A program made the translations under genes and the position numbers. Shown here in pieces: positions 13,501 to 27,480 of a stretch of 64,000 nucleotides of DNA. Every line of letters starts with the position of its first letter. Within the stretch, counting starts at the first letter, position 1. The notes under the pieces were generated by a model. The model was not told the DNA's origin. It ran no database searches and saw only the letters and a program-made list of their open reading frames with translations. The stretch comes from Balanoglossus misakiensis (Eukaryota > Animalia > Hemichordata), in contig CM082592.2 in the NCBI GenBank assembly GCA_040954595.2, positions 3,984,735-4,048,734 of the forward strand. Reading direction: 5' to 3'.

Positions 13501-15203
13501 CTTTTGAGAATATACACTCGAGTTAAGTTATAAAGAATTCAAGTTGGTGTCTGTCTGTCAGCATCTGGGTGGAAATTCACTCGTTAAATTTTCACGTAAA
13601 AAAAAAAAAAAATCACACCTTCAGGGACTTGACTAGAGAAAGTTGTTCACATTGAAATCAGTGTTATTTTTTATAGTGTAATGATGACATTATTCAAGTG
13701 CAGCGCAGTGGCTCAAAAGAAGGAACTGTCACGCGTGGGTGGTTCTATTATCACGACTTTAATGGCTGCGTCTTTTTTTCAGCTAGGCTCAGGAGGTGTT
13801 AAATAGTTCAAAAAATCTTGTAAACCGTTCTTGATACCTTTTTGTTCGGTGCGGGATTATGGGCTTTTTTTTGAACAGGACAATTTGTCCGGAGTTCGGC
13901 CATTAAAAGATGATGATTTAACTCCGGGGATCCGAGCTTTTCCGGACACGGCAAGAATAGTGGGACATCCAGAGTTCAATTGAAGAAATTTAAACTTTGA
14001 TCTGTGTGTGTGTGTGTCGGTAAGGTAAACAATTATGTAACAAAGGGACGCTATACAACAACAGTGTTTTAAACACTGCTGATAGTTTGAGGGTAAAGTT
14101 GTAACATTGCCAAATCTCTGCTAATTATAGTCAGTTAGTAAGATAAGCCTAAATTCCCTGTACCAAAAAGTACCGGGTACCGTACGTATACCACTGCATG
14201 TCATGCCAAATGACATACTTGCTTGATTTTATGTTTCATAAGACCGACGAACTTCACCGATTTTTTTGGCTGTCCTTGGCCAGGTCAGAGTTCATAACGG
14301 TGATCCCTGCTCGTAAATTAAAGCCCCGATTGTTACCGTTTTCAGACGGGAATTGTTCGGACTTGTTAAATGGGATGGCCTGAGTCGTAAAAGCCATTTT
14401 TCACCAGTGACAGGTGTATTAGGCTCTGCAGTTTGTCATATGCAGGTGCGAATGTCAAGCCGCCCTCAACATGTTAAAAAAACAAGGATTCAATAGCCAG
14501 CGTAGTTGAAAGGTCGAAACAAAACTGCAGATAAGGGCTATTTTAGTGATGCCCTGCTCTGAGTTCAGAGGCTTTTATGAAAATCTCATGGTTTTATTTT
14601 TTTTGCAAGAATTTTTTAGTCTTGTTTCATTTCTGTTTGTAAATCTAAAAAAATGAGTTTTCTTATGTCTTAGTTGTCGTGGAACTTTCAAGTTGAAAAT
14701 ATCAGGCTATATATTCATTAATAATCATGATTTTCTTTTGAAATGTGAAAATAATCCGTTTTGTACATTTACATACCCGTGATGAGTTCAGTTGTAACAT
14801 GCCGACATAGTCGTTTATTCTCACATACTTGACTGTTTTTGCAGCTTTTTTATGTTATCACAGATTTGCCGCCATTCAACAGGTTGGATCATGTTTTGTT
14901 GCACACTTATAGAGCTGACAGTCGAGTAGTTTTTATGCAGTGTATTTATGAGCCCCACTCCTCAAGATGGTCTAAATCTGAAACGTACGATAAGCTAGTG
15001 GACTGTTTTTGAAAAGAATTACCGTTAAACGACTGGAAGTTCTCAAAGCGAGCACTCTAGTATTAGTAGTAACCCCCATCAAATGCTAATAAACACACAT
15101 CTGCATAAAAATTGTTTTTGCCTGGATCTCAGAGAATAAAGAGTTTAAAAAATCTTATTGAACTGTACTGCCCTCAGAACCAATTGAGTTAAACTAGCAG
15201 TTA

Positions 15204-15398
15204 GGGTCTGGGGTTGATTCTATTTTGTGGATATCAAAAAGTGCCAGAACCCCTCCCCCCCCCCCCATCATTGAACATGGTAAAGTGGGTGACCCCCAGG
15301 TGACACCCTCCTCCCTTCATCCAATTCCAAAAGAGGTTGACCTCCCCCATTAATGCACAGCCCCCTCCCCCTCCAGTCCGAAGAAACTGATCAGTCCC
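15204..15398. mobile_element. PIF/Harbinger-like MITE remnant
   Basis: TTA|GGGTCTG ... CAGTCCC|TTA: short TIR, 3-bp TTA duplication and C-run-rich interior. Confidence 0.4.
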
Positions 15399-15937
15399 TT
15401 ACTTTTGAACTTGAAACCGTTCTTCAGTGCAGCATTGAGCACTCAGCATTTACCAGTTATGACACCGTCACCATAATTTTCTCCAGATATAATTATGCAT
15501 TCTCCGTACAGCGATTATTAGCCATATAACCTAGCTAGAATAGAATTATCCACGGGCTACAATCTCTGTACGGAGAATGATAACTATGGTGTCCCATTTT
15601 ATTTTAAAGGGCTAGGAATTCACAGCAGAGGGTGGTGTGACAGTGGCATTTAAATAAAAGGCTTGCATTGAACGTGGCATTATGTGACCAAGGTCTCTGA
15701 TGATGGTTTCTTGGAAAAGTCAAATTGATCGGTTGGATAACATGTGCCATCATTATCGATTCAAGGAAGTGCGCGCCAGGATGTCGACTCAGTGAATTGC
15801 ACAAAACGGTGTCCTAGCAGCGGTAATACAGGAAATTGAGCATTCCTTGCTTGTTTTGTAGGGAAAAATGTGTAATTTGTGTCGAAGGCCAACAAGAGTT
15901 TAGCAGGCAGACAGTGGTGGCAAATGCGTGTCCGGAA

Positions 15938-16128
15938 TACTGTAAAACGGAAATTTTTTGTGAACGATAAATTTTCGCGAACTACGCAAGAGCCAACAAA
16001 ATGCGAAATAAAGTCATGTAAAAATGATTTTCAGAGATAACAATGCAGTGGAATACGAGAACGCGTAACAGTTGCCTCTCTTGATTTCGCGAACATTTCC
16101 TGTCTCGAAAATTTTCCGTTTTACAGTA
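15938..16128. mobile_element. MITE family A, copy 3
   Basis: TACTGTAAAACGGAAATTTT ... AAAATTTTCCGTTTTACAGTA. Confidence 0.85.
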
Positions 16129-17001
16129 AGCACGTTCCGATCGAGAGAGACGGTAAGAACAGGAAATTGAAACAGCATTCTGGAGAAACCTGTGAAATGA
16201 ATTTGTGAAAATTGCCTCCGGGATCATGTCTTCCATAAACACGCGCGAAGCCCCTCAAAAGACACTCAGGTTTTTGCCCCATCGAGTGAACGATAAAAGC
16301 CAGATTTCATGTGTGTGTATCAATATGGTTGTAAATAACGAAGTCTGTGCTCCCCCCCTCCCCCCACACGTGAAAGTATTTAGATTTTTTTAGTAATGCA
16401 GATATTTTCGCAATACAGTCTGAAGAAAACTGATGCTAAATCCTTATCGGTGGTTGAAGGACATGTTTTAATGTCAATGTGACAATTTACAATTCCTTTT
16501 CTCTGTTCCAGTTTTATTGGTCTGCGATTAAACTTACGTGACGTGCTGTGCTTTTCTTGCAATTTGTCTGAGCTGTCGTATAATTAGCCTCAGGTGTTGC
16601 GTATTTTAACAGAAATCGTGAGGTGGCATGGGTCTTTTAATTCTCACTCGATACAGAATACATTTTAATTACATAGATTAGGAAATCTGATTAAACTGTA
16701 GTCCAGGAATTAAGTTATCGTGTTGGCGTCCCTTTAAATTATGTAAGGCTAGTGTTTATGCATGTTGGCATGGTAACAAGTTGACTCTATCCGTTTGTCT
16801 TCGACATGTATGAGTTGTGTAATGTAGATTTTGAGATAGCAGAAAACATTGAAAAAAATGTTGCTCAAGGGTATAGGGCTTGGGAAGTGACATAGACAGG
16901 TATATTTGTATTATTTCATTTGAATTAAGTTATGATTTAACTATATACTCCTTGCACACGTACTCTACGAGCAGACATACACTGCATAAACTTGGACGAC
17001 A

Positions 17002-17026
17002 TACTGTAAAACATGAAATTTTCGCC
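17002..17026. mobile_element. Solo terminus of MITE family A
   Basis: TACTGTAAAACATGAAATTTTCGCC matches the family A TIR; no partner end was found. Confidence 0.4.
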
Positions 17027-20000
17027 AATGAATGGAGATCTCTGTCCCTTTAATATGACGAGGATGACTAATTCTGGGAAGAACTAACCATGTGTCTCTG
17101 AAGGCTATATGTCCTGATCAAAAGTGTAAATAAAACAAAACAGCAGGAGATGTCTGGTCAAATATTTGGGTCCTCTCTTTAAAGGACATCTCATGTCTTG
17201 AAAATTACTTAACAATATCTCAAAATTGTATCTGTCTGTATTACAAACAGTCTCCATAGAAACATTATTTGGATAAACATGTCAAATGTCCAGGAACACA
17301 GACCGCAGATAACCCAAATTAAACAGAGAAGTCTGGCGTTCTCCAACAAAAATGACTGTTACTACCAGTGTGCCCTCTAACAAATATAATATTTGAGTGA
17401 GTTTGGAGATTTCTAAAAGATTCTCTGAGACTGAGTCAGTCTTATCCTTTGAATATATTGTGGATAATTTTCTTGAGTCACCAGTGAGTTTGTTGAGTCA
17501 GTGGCGTGTCATATTGGCTTAGTGGACACACTGGTTAATACAATAATATGAAGTCCACAAAATTTGAATGCAGCACTGTCTGTATTCCAATATACCTGTG
17601 CTCTTTTGATCTTTCTGTTCAGACTTTATGTTTTGTAAAAATCTACCATGGGTTGCTAGTTTTGATGAAACTAATTAGTGAAAGTTATACGTTGTTTACA
17701 TAAAAAGGAAATCTTTAAGACAGTAAGAAACTCCAGGGTTTTGAAATACCTTGCAGCAGTCAGTGGCAGTTGCGTGCAAGAGACTAATGGTACTTTGAAC
17801 TGCGTAGATGGAGAACTCCTTCAAACCCTCATTACACTGCAATCTGGATATCACTCAAGTCGCGACCAGTAAGCGATTGATTGATTGAGTCACTTAGAGG
17901 ATTTATTGAGTTACAACTTGAATTCTCCCTGACTTGTGCTCAGGAAAATAAAACGTTTCACCAGTTTCTCCCCACTTTTCACCACTGCCTTTGAGAACAT
18001 GCATTTGACTTCATGGTGTGAAATGTGTATGGAAGTGTCGAGAATAATGGCGCATATACTACAGTGAGAAATTAGAGATGAAAATCCAAAAATTTTCTGA
18101 TATTTGCTGTATCTTTGCCAGACCAGTGCATGTTTCATTCTTGCTTATCATCAGGGAAAGGCTATTGGCAAATAAAATCAAACCATAAAAACAGCATACG
18201 CAATTCAGCTAAACCAGGATTTGATGAGGCTAAAAGGCAGTGAATCTTTGGTGCATGGTAGATTTGCCTTGGGGGTCTAAGCTTGCATCATTTGTCTGCC
18301 AGTAACGGTCACCCCTCCCAAGCAATGCTTGTGATCTGGCATTGTGTAGACACAATGTCAAAAAGAAAGAAAGAAAGATAGAAGATTATGATGTAAAGAG
18401 AGGTGCATTTCAGTTGAAACGACAATCATTTGGAACGAGGGATTCTCTTAGGATACCTGTAGCTACTTGATTCTACCATACATGTACTTTTGGTTAATTT
18501 AATAACTTGAGACAAGAGCTCCTTATTCAGACAATTAAATCTGTCCCTAATGGTCAAGGTGTTTTGTAAATGACATCAATGAAATAATAATTAAAAAAAA
18601 TAACATTTAGCTTCACTTAAATTCTCTTGTGACCTTTAACCGTATTTAAGCATGTAGTGCTCTGCATCATAAACTCAGCTGATGTTTAAATTCAATTCAT
18701 ACAAAAAGAATTTGCAGCATTCCCAGAACTTGCCTTCCTTCAATGTTAATCCTTCAGAGAACAACATGTTACAACTTTTTCCCTGCATTTGTTTGCTAAC
18801 AACTACCCGCAATGGCAAATAAACTATCACAGTACTTGAATTTGGAGGTGGAACGATCGAACTTGTCAGGTTTTGACACGAGTGCGGCGGCAACAAGTGC
18901 TTTCAAAACTTCCAACCCTTGAATGTACTACTAGTGATTTAACTGATTTTGCTTCTGGTAGTGGCAACCACCTGTCGCATGGATAGATGATTTTCTGCTC
19001 ATTGTGAGATCTCACAGACTTGGTTAATTACCATAGCAACGGGTTACTAGCCAAGTAATACAAGTCAAGCTTTGTATGAAACTAGAAGAGGTGCAGAGTT
19101 TACCAAAAAGTGTAATAGGCCATGCTTTGCTTGCAATGTTCTGTGTCACATGAGAATGTCCTTCTATGGACTGCCTGAAGCCACGCGAGATCTCGTAATG
19201 TCTCGTGGAGTTTGGTAAATGGTCTATTGGGAATATACAAATGTATACACATTTGTGATTGGACGACGTAATGTCTTTCAGTTGCAAAGCAAGTGATTTC
19301 ACATGCTTCGGAAGACGGGCAGCGTGCTGCATTCAGTGATGCGTGACACCGTTCAGGGATTTAAAGTTTCATTGCTGTTTACTGCAAGTGATCTGTTTAT
19401 TTCAATTGTTGACCTCATTTTTGGTGACACACTATAGCAATTGTCACTAGTTGGCCCTTCGTATGCAAACTCAATTGATTTGCATCTGTTTGAAATTGAT
19501 ATGAACAAAACTGCAATTAAATTTTTTATAATACACTGGTACATCAAGAGGATTGTGAAAAAAATGGCTAAGCTGACAGGTTTTCTAATGAGTATTTTAG
19601 ATCATGTCCTACGGATGCAACTATCAAGCATTCTGTTTTCTGACAAAACTGTCTCATTGTAAGGGAAAAAATTCTACACTGATTGAACCATGATAGAAAC
19701 TTGTACAGAATCTATATGGAGATCTAACAATTTTTATTTAGTGGAGATCCTTGTTTGTCCTTTGCCATCTTTATAGTGCAGTTAGTGTAATCCCTGTCAT
19801 TTACATGGTCATCGTAACTCAACTGAACAAATCCCCTTTTAAATTCTACCAACATACTCAAATCCCAAAGTAATCGTGGGATGTTGATCCACTGGGCGTT
19901 TTCAGGATTTTGGGAGCTTGAGGACAATAAAACGTCGACTGATAACATTTTTATCTGAACTGTCTTCATTAACTTTCCATCACTGTCGCGCTGAGTCGTA

Positions 20001-20434
20001 GATCAGTGCAACAATGGCAAGTAGCAGATTGCGGGATTTTTAGAACAACCAGACTGAAAAAGGAGATGCCTATTGTTCCTATTGTGAAATCTGAGCTAGA
20101 TTACGTCAGTTCTGTTCGGGTGTGCAGCAGAAGAAAAAAAGACAAGTTGGCATTCCTCCAAGCGTATTTCACGTCAGGGGGTGTATACTGTTCCTGCGAT
20201 CTTTGATCAGAATCTACATGTAGCAGTACATGAAATTGCAGTTGGCTTGGACTAAACTTTTGGCTTGTTCATTGGGATGCAAGTGTACACACACACAAAC
20301 CGAGGCAAACAGACAGACAGATACTGCAGACAGACAGATAATCAGTGAGTCAGACACACAGACACAAGCACATTATGTTTGCCTGACATGAAACACTGGC
20401 CTGTTTGAACTGCAGGTCCTTTGCCCAGGGGATG

Positions 20435-20647
20435 TACTGTAAAACGGGAAATTTTTGTGAACAATAAATTTTCGCATACATCTCAAGAGCCCCAAAAACG
20501 TGAAAATAAAAAGTCGCGTAAAAACGTTTTTCGAGATATCGATACAGTTAGTGAACTACAAGAAAGCAAAAATTAATCGTCGGGTGACAGTTGCCTCTTT
20601 TGATATCGTGAAAATTTCCTGTCGCGAAAATGTCCCGTTTTACAGTA
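20435..20647. mobile_element. MITE family A, copy 4
   Basis: TACTGTAAAACGGGAAATTTT ... GAAAATGTCCCGTTTTACAGTA; interior is colinear with the copies at 4117 and 15938. Confidence 0.85.
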
Positions 20648-20775
20648 TATCACCGGAGTGGCTTTCAAACAGGGGTTACTCAACAACCCTCTTCAGTTTC
20701 TGTTGCTAGGGACGCTACGGGAGAACAATAGCAGCTATCAGATTGGACTGGATTTGTGTGTTTGTATGCGTACCC

Positions 20776-20956
20776 ATTGGTCGCACCCAATGTGCGTCTG
20801 AATTAACCTAACCCCGATTTTCGAGTTTTACCCCGCGGTAAAAAAAACCCCAGAGGTCAGAAATTAATCCCCCAAGTGGTACCTGGATTTGTTTTGGATC
20901 TGACAAAAATTCACTGTATACCCCTGCATAAATTTGTCATTACAAGTCTATAAAAG
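20776..20956 (+). promoter_or_regulatory. Candidate core promoter (CCAAT boxes and TATA box) for alternative first exon A
   Basis: ATTGG 20776-20780, CCAAT 20787-20791 and TATAAAAG 20949-20956. No ATG was seen between the TATA box and ATG 21125. Confidence 0.35.
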
Positions 20957-21124
20957 TGCGGGTCAGGTGTGATTTACACAACTCGTGCGTGAGGTGTTGG
21001 CATTCTTGACTTTTAGGGGGACGTGTACAGCGCGTCGATCAACGAACAACACTACACAAAGAAGCCAGAGCACGCCTAAGTATTTCTCTGACCTTTATTT
21101 GAAATTTTTGCAAACAAGTGTGAA

Positions 21125-21182
21125 ATGTCAAACTCGGCCAGAATTTTTTTTTATTCGTCAGTAGTTTCAATCTTCGTCTGGG
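21125..21182 (+). CDS. Candidate alternative first coding exon A (MSNSARIFFYSSVVSIFVW-G), hydrophobic N-terminus
   Basis: ATG with G at -3, 19 codons + 1 nt, donor GG|GTGAGC. Phase 1 matches the acceptor at 24121. Upstream TATA box. Confidence 0.5.
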
Positions 21183-23897
21183 GTGAGCGTGACTGTCATT
21201 TGATAGTGTAGGGTACTTGTCAAATTAGTTTGATATATTCTCCCTCACACTACCAGACCCATGATGCGACAACTGATTCAGTTTTCCTCTCACTGTGAGA
21301 CGCATACTTCAACTTCCGTTATATCAAAACATAAAATAATAAAAAATAAAATTATTGGAACTTCTGAATTACACATAAAACTTATATTTGTCTCGATATG
21401 GTTTAGCCAGAAAAAAATCTATTTTGATTTGATTTTCAACTGCATTGAGGTTAATAATAAAATGGGCACCATTTTAGTTTACAGCTTTCCAGCTTGGTAT
21501 ATTAAACAGTTTTAATCAAATCAAATCAAAACTCTGGAGAGTGTACAGACTGATAAGTTAAAACCGTTGGAACATTCCATTTTGGCCAGGGTTGTCAGCA
21601 TGGTTTAGCAGTCAAACCATCACCAGGGATGGTGTTAGCATTTAAAATACATCCAAAAGTTGCAAAACCTATTTCAGTTTCATATGCACAGGTACATTGA
21701 CTTGCCTTTTAGAAAACCTTACCAACACACCAAATTTAGGTATCTTTGTATAGTTTCACAACCAAAGCTGAAGTGTAACCAAGGAGGCAGTTGTCAACTG
21801 CTTCCCTTTTGCGACTAGAAACCTGGTAACTGATGCATTTGCGGTAAACTCTCTCATCCTGGGCTTAACCTTTAGATTTTTTTCTGCAAAAAGTCATTGT
21901 GCTCTAGATTTTTCTCTGACATTAATTGTGCCTCTTTTTCTAATCATAAATGCTGATGTATTTGGCACATAAAAATTATTCTAATCATAAATACAACGTT
22001 ACTCCATTTTGAGCTCGTGGTGATTGAAGCTACCGAGAATGAAAAAAATACACATTGAAATGCCAGGGGCTGATGATTTTCTTGCAAGCAACAAAGAGGG
22101 GAATTACAATTTACATGCAGCTTCATGGAATGTGCTATGGAGTCGATTTTCTTGGTGAATGAAAGCTTTCACAGTGCAATTCTGTGAATACCGGTAGCTA
22201 GGAAATTTCTGGCTGTTTGACGAACCTTTCATCTTCTGTCACTTGAGGAAACCCTACAAGTGTACTTTCGTGGAGTGACTGCGTTCTCTGAGTGGCACTG
22301 TTGTCTGTCACTTTGTAAGAAATTGATGCTGTATAAATGTAGTCTGGTTGTCTAGTGAGATTTTACTACCTCCGTCAAGTACATGTATGGTGAAATTCCT
22401 TCATTTTTCCCAGAAAATTCGAAGCTGTGATATAAAAAAAATTTGTGAAAGGGAGAGATGGATTGTTGTCTTGAAAAGATAGATGGAAAATTACTTGGGC
22501 TTTCATGCTCACTTAAAATGTCGACCACTTTTATGCTGAAAATGTCCATGCTCATGAGGATTATTTGAGTCCCTTCTGAGAAACAGCATTTTCCCCTCAA
22601 AGACTCCTGGAAAAAATCACCGGCAAAACTCAGAGAAAGTCCTGAAATTTTCCGTGACTCTGAGTCTGAGCACATGAAATCTGTGAAACCAATTGGGTTT
22701 TGGAACCACTGTTATTCAACATCCAACTCAGAGAATGTTATTTTTTTAAAAGGAGACAGAAATGTTAAACCCTGTTCTGATTAACTGGAAAAGAATTTAA
22801 TCTGTCCATTCTTTCAAATTACCATCCATTAGCATAGATTAAAGTTTCTGAAACTTTGCCAGCACTTTTGGCCACAGTGCCCGCTTGATAAACTTCAATC
22901 GACCAATCAGTGTCATCCTCCAAGCGAAGCTGATTTGCATACAAGGAGATTACGGAGTGGGGGATAATAATGCCCCATTGTTACAAAGTCTCCGTCAATT
23001 GTCAAGATCGTTTGGGCTCGTCCCAGACTCATTATTGTGAAATAATCGGTGTGTTCATCAGGATCATTGTGTGTAATTTGTACTTTTTGAATCCTGTCCG
23101 CAACACTTAGCGGACATGTTCAAAATTGATCGCGGAATTGTTCTCTCTTATTGGACAAACAATCCAGTGACTTTCATCGGTTGTTCAATTGTCTGTGGCT
23201 CTGAACCGTGTCTCTTGGTCTGATTTCTGTGTAGGTGAATAAAAAAATCTTGTTGAAACTTTTTTCAAGAAAGTTGTCACCCCAATACAGGAATTTTCTG
23301 ATAAAATCGGAATAAGTGTAAAAAAAACCCAGTAGGTCTTGTTTCAAATTCTAGCATTTTTCATTTCTCTCTTTTGAAGGGGTAAAAGTACTGTAGCAAA
23401 GCCCATTAATGAGTGGATTATCCCTTTTATAGTCAATCTTACAGTATAGTTCGACCCTTATTGATGTGTGACCGGTCGAGAGGGGAACACCACTGAGTGT
23501 TTGCATGCCTCTCTCTCTCTCAAAAAGAAAGTCTGTGGTGAACTTTTCCAACCAATTGTGTGTTAACCACCGTATGTGCCAGCAGACACTTACTTTGATT
23601 AGCTGCGTTCGAGATTTGGCAGGGTTATACCGGTGTGCTGCACCCGATCCTAAATTGGAACTGTCGCTTCATTCTTGTGTCGTGCTCCGTGATTAATTTG
23701 TCAACACTGAGGGCCGTCTGATGTATATGAAGTCCGAATTATTGCTTTGTTTACGGCCGTCATAGCAACACATCAGAAGTGGTGTTGCTGTGTTTCCGAT
23801 CAATGAGTGCGAGCGGGTTGCGTGGGTTTTTTTTTTCTGCGCTTCTGTTTTTTTTAAAAAACCTTTGAACTGGACTAGCTGTCACGAGTAACGCAAC

Positions 23898-23973
23898 ATG
23901 GAGGATGTGAGTTTCACAGCAGACGCGAGCCCCACGGTGGAGGCAACAGGCTCGACGGTCGACTCAGGCCGGG
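23898..23973 (+). CDS. First coding exon B (MEDVSFTADASPTVEATGSTVDSGR-G)
   Basis: Good Kozak context caacATGG, donor G|GTAGGA, phase 1, short intron to 24121. Confidence 0.7.
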
Positions 23974-24120
23974 GTAGGAAATAATCTTAACCACAGTTGC
24001 GGAATTTTTCTCCCCCTCCCTGTGATTTACCTGGACAAACAGTGCATTACTGTCGAACGTGATTAGGGGATCGCGCCAATCTCACCATCCCATCTCTCTA
24101 CCGTTCTCTACTCCACACAG

Positions 24121-24294
24121 GCACTGCAATCTACTATGACATAGACTCTGCCAAGACAGAGGCCTACAACAACAACAACAACGACAGCAAGAAATCAAGC
24201 CAAACAAAACAGGAGAAAACAAAGAAAATGGACGGATCTGAAGCTGACGGGGAGTGGAGTGACGGAGACAACGAGGAAGAAGTCATCGGCTCCG
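24121..24294 (+). CDS. Coding exon (TAIYYDIDSAK...DGDNEEEVIGS)
   Basis: Pyrimidine tract + CAG acceptor, donor G|GTGAGA, 174 nt, phase 1-1, open frame. Confidence 0.85.
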
Positions 24295-27271
24295 GTGAGA
24301 GAAACAATTTTTTTCTAGAAAATAAGGAAATGTTGTTGAGTATAACTACCGGTATTTTACACCTGTAGTCAACTCCTACAGGTGACATCGTGTGGGTATA
24401 ATTTACAGAATGCAGTAACCCCCCCTTTTTGTTGCAGCAGACATATTGATTGTTCAGAGGTCGGGTGCGAATTTTATTACAAAGATCTGTAGGTATTTGG
24501 GCAGTGTGTATAGCAATTACAGTAAGCCAGATAATTATACTGCCGGCCGGGGTCAAGATTTGCCTCCGTGGGAGTGAGTGAGTATGCGTGTGTGAATGAG
24601 GGTTTGATTTTTTTTTTGGAAGCGTGCCCAGAAGGGAGTTGCACTTGTAATCAGTCAAAGAGACACCCACCGTAAAAAAAATGTGACTGATCTGTTCAAA
24701 GTGACCTCCATTAGACTGGCAAAATGGAGCCAAATGAAGCCTTAACGCGTATTTGTCAAATTTTTCACTCGCTGCTGGGTCACCAGGGGGAGTTCTTTGT
24801 GTGTCGGGGGTCCCACTGTCAGGACTGAAAAAACCCGACAAGTTTGTGGCTCGCAACCCGGTTGTAGTAAAACGTGTGTGAACATGCACGTGAACCGGTG
24901 TATTGTTTACTCGCATCACAACTTGATTTTGGGGGCCACTGTTGGTATGCTGACGCCCTCGGTCAAAGTCTTTGCAATGACCCCCCGTCCCACATCAGAT
25001 ATCTGTCACAGATCATGGGGACAAAGTCATGACCACATTCATCCAATGTCCCTTCTGTATGTTTCTTCAAGATTTGACGGAAATTTTGAGACAGCAAGCA
25101 GTAGAAGTATAAAGCCTTCAATTTGACACACTTTCATTCGACTGTCTTGTTTAAAACAATACCCCCTCACCTGACAATAGATTAAATGTCTTGTGGTAAT
25201 TTAAAGTGAGTTTCCGTCAGAGCACATGAGGATTAATCCTTTAATTTACCAAAAGCAGAACAAACTGGAGAGATTATCGTTAAGGAATTAAAATTTTGAT
25301 AGAATCCACAATTCACGATCACAGAACGTCCTTGACTTGGTGAGAATTTTTTGTAGCATTCAGGAAGTGGACATACAGATTTGAGGAATTCTTGGGACTT
25401 TGCCAAAATTCTTCTGACTCCATTCAAAACCGTATTAAATCAAAGTGGTGACTGAAAGAAAAAAAGAATTACTGCTGTTCTGACAAGAATATCATAAAAT
25501 ACTATTTGAATCAAACATCCTTGAGATCAATCTGTCGTCTGCTTCGGTCAGTTGCCTTCATTTGCAAAAGTACAAAGTAACACTGTGTCTGAAAATACTG
25601 ACAGAGCATGCATGCATTATTTTGTAAATAAGATATTTCAATACTATTTCACTTCATAGCGAAAGAAGTGTTATTCACATTACGTAAAATCTAACTAAGA
25701 CCTGGTCATGGCTAAAATGTCCTCACATCCACATTTTACACACTTACACAATTGCATGAGACTAGGATGGACGAAAAATATCTGTACTACAAGCTCATGC
25801 TGATTGCCAGCTCAAATTTTTGGCCAGACCTAAACTACCTGTTCATATCCTGACCAAAGCTAGTCCAGCTCTTGTCCGACCACTAATGATTATTTTCAGC
25901 CACTTATAAGCCTCCACAGACACAGGACCATAATATAAACTGTCTTATATGAACCCTGCTAGTATATACCCCCCCCCCCCCCCCCCCCCCATATAATCAC
26001 ACAGTTCAAGTGTGCTGAATTCTGATTGGAAAAAAGTCAGCATTCTTATCACTGGCAAGCATAGTTGACCCTTGACCTATTATAAGTTTTTCATTCCGGA
26101 CAATTCACAGTGTTTCAATAGTTTGGCGGATTGCAAGAAAAGCTACATGCAAAAAAGTAAGAAAATCATGTGATCCATAAAACTGAACAAAAATATTGAC
26201 GTAAATCCCAAACGGAAACATTGAGGGATTGGGATTCTCAGGTTATTTTAACAATTCCTTTGTAAAATTATGCCATTGTGCATTGTCACCATTGTCTGGA
26301 CAACCAGGATAGAATTGGGACACACATTTTTGGCCCCCGGGTAACTGCTGAGGGTCATTGGCAAGGCCAGACCTCGGCAACTGTCAATGCAGAGATGAAT
26401 AATGGCCGGTTGATTGTTAGAAATAGCAAACTTGACTTGCAAGAATGTGAATTATCTGAGAGACTTTAAATTACTTGTCCACAGTCCAGATGTCTTGGCT
26501 GACGTGCCTGTACCCGTGACACAGCTCTTCAGAAAAGGTAGCTTACATGGACAGTGCAACGAATTACATGCACCAAAGCCTAAGTGACCTGTTGCATTTC
26601 AACCAATTGTCCAGGATTATCTAATTTGATGTAAAAAACTTAAGAATGATGCAGCCAGATTTTTTGATGTTGGTATAAATTTCAACTTTCTTTAATATCT
26701 GGTTGAGAAAGATTTCGTCTGTCCAGCGATTCAGCAAGTGGAAATCTTACAAATTGGTAAAAATTAATAAATTCACCCATATTTTGAGGCAATTTGAGAT
26801 GCAACACGACAAAGTCATTGCAATCTTATTGTGCCATTTTACAATATTGAGGAAGACTACATCAATTACTGATGGCTATGGATATACATAGGCATGTGGA
26901 TAGACAGGCAGACAGACAGACTTTTTTGACAAACAAGAGTACAGACAGGAAATAATTTCTCTCCCGAAAACAACTAGCACAGAATGATGAAAAACAAATA
27001 CATGTGTTTGCTGAAGTGGGAGACCCCTGGTCCACTGTACAATGATGCATTTAACAATTGAAACACTAAACACAAATACAAGCTTTATAATCAGACACCT
27101 GATAAAACAGTAACAATTATTAATAGCCATTTGTTTGTATACCTAGTAGTACATACCTGGGTCTGTCAGCATGAATCAAATATATTACATTTTTAGGATC
27201 TTTGCAATTGCACACAGTAGAATCATGGGAAATATACCAAGGCATATACTCGCGTACATACTGATGGTTGT

Positions 27272-27395
27272 GAGGATGATGATGACAATAATGCTGATGT
27301 TGATGATGATGAGGAGGAGCAGGAGGAGCAGGAGAAGGATGATAATGATATTCAGATGATGGTGATGATGATGATGGTGATGATGATGATGATGG

Positions 27396-27456
<61 letters not shown>

Positions 27457-27480
27457 ATTCAGATGAGGATGATGATGATA
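27272..27480. repeat. (GAT)n/(GAG)n compound trinucleotide microsatellite
   Basis: Long GAT run at 27355-27456 with GAG/CAG units upstream. It creates the poly-His and poly-Met ORF artefacts. Confidence 0.9.

Noticed and set aside
17179-17380. Kolobok-like TTAAAGGACA...TGCCCTCTAA ends
   Set aside because: The TIR is too short and degenerate to support without a family consensus.
24164-24919. 251-aa minus-strand ORF
   Set aside because: Antisense to a real exon plus intron, crosses simple repeats and has no coding-like composition.
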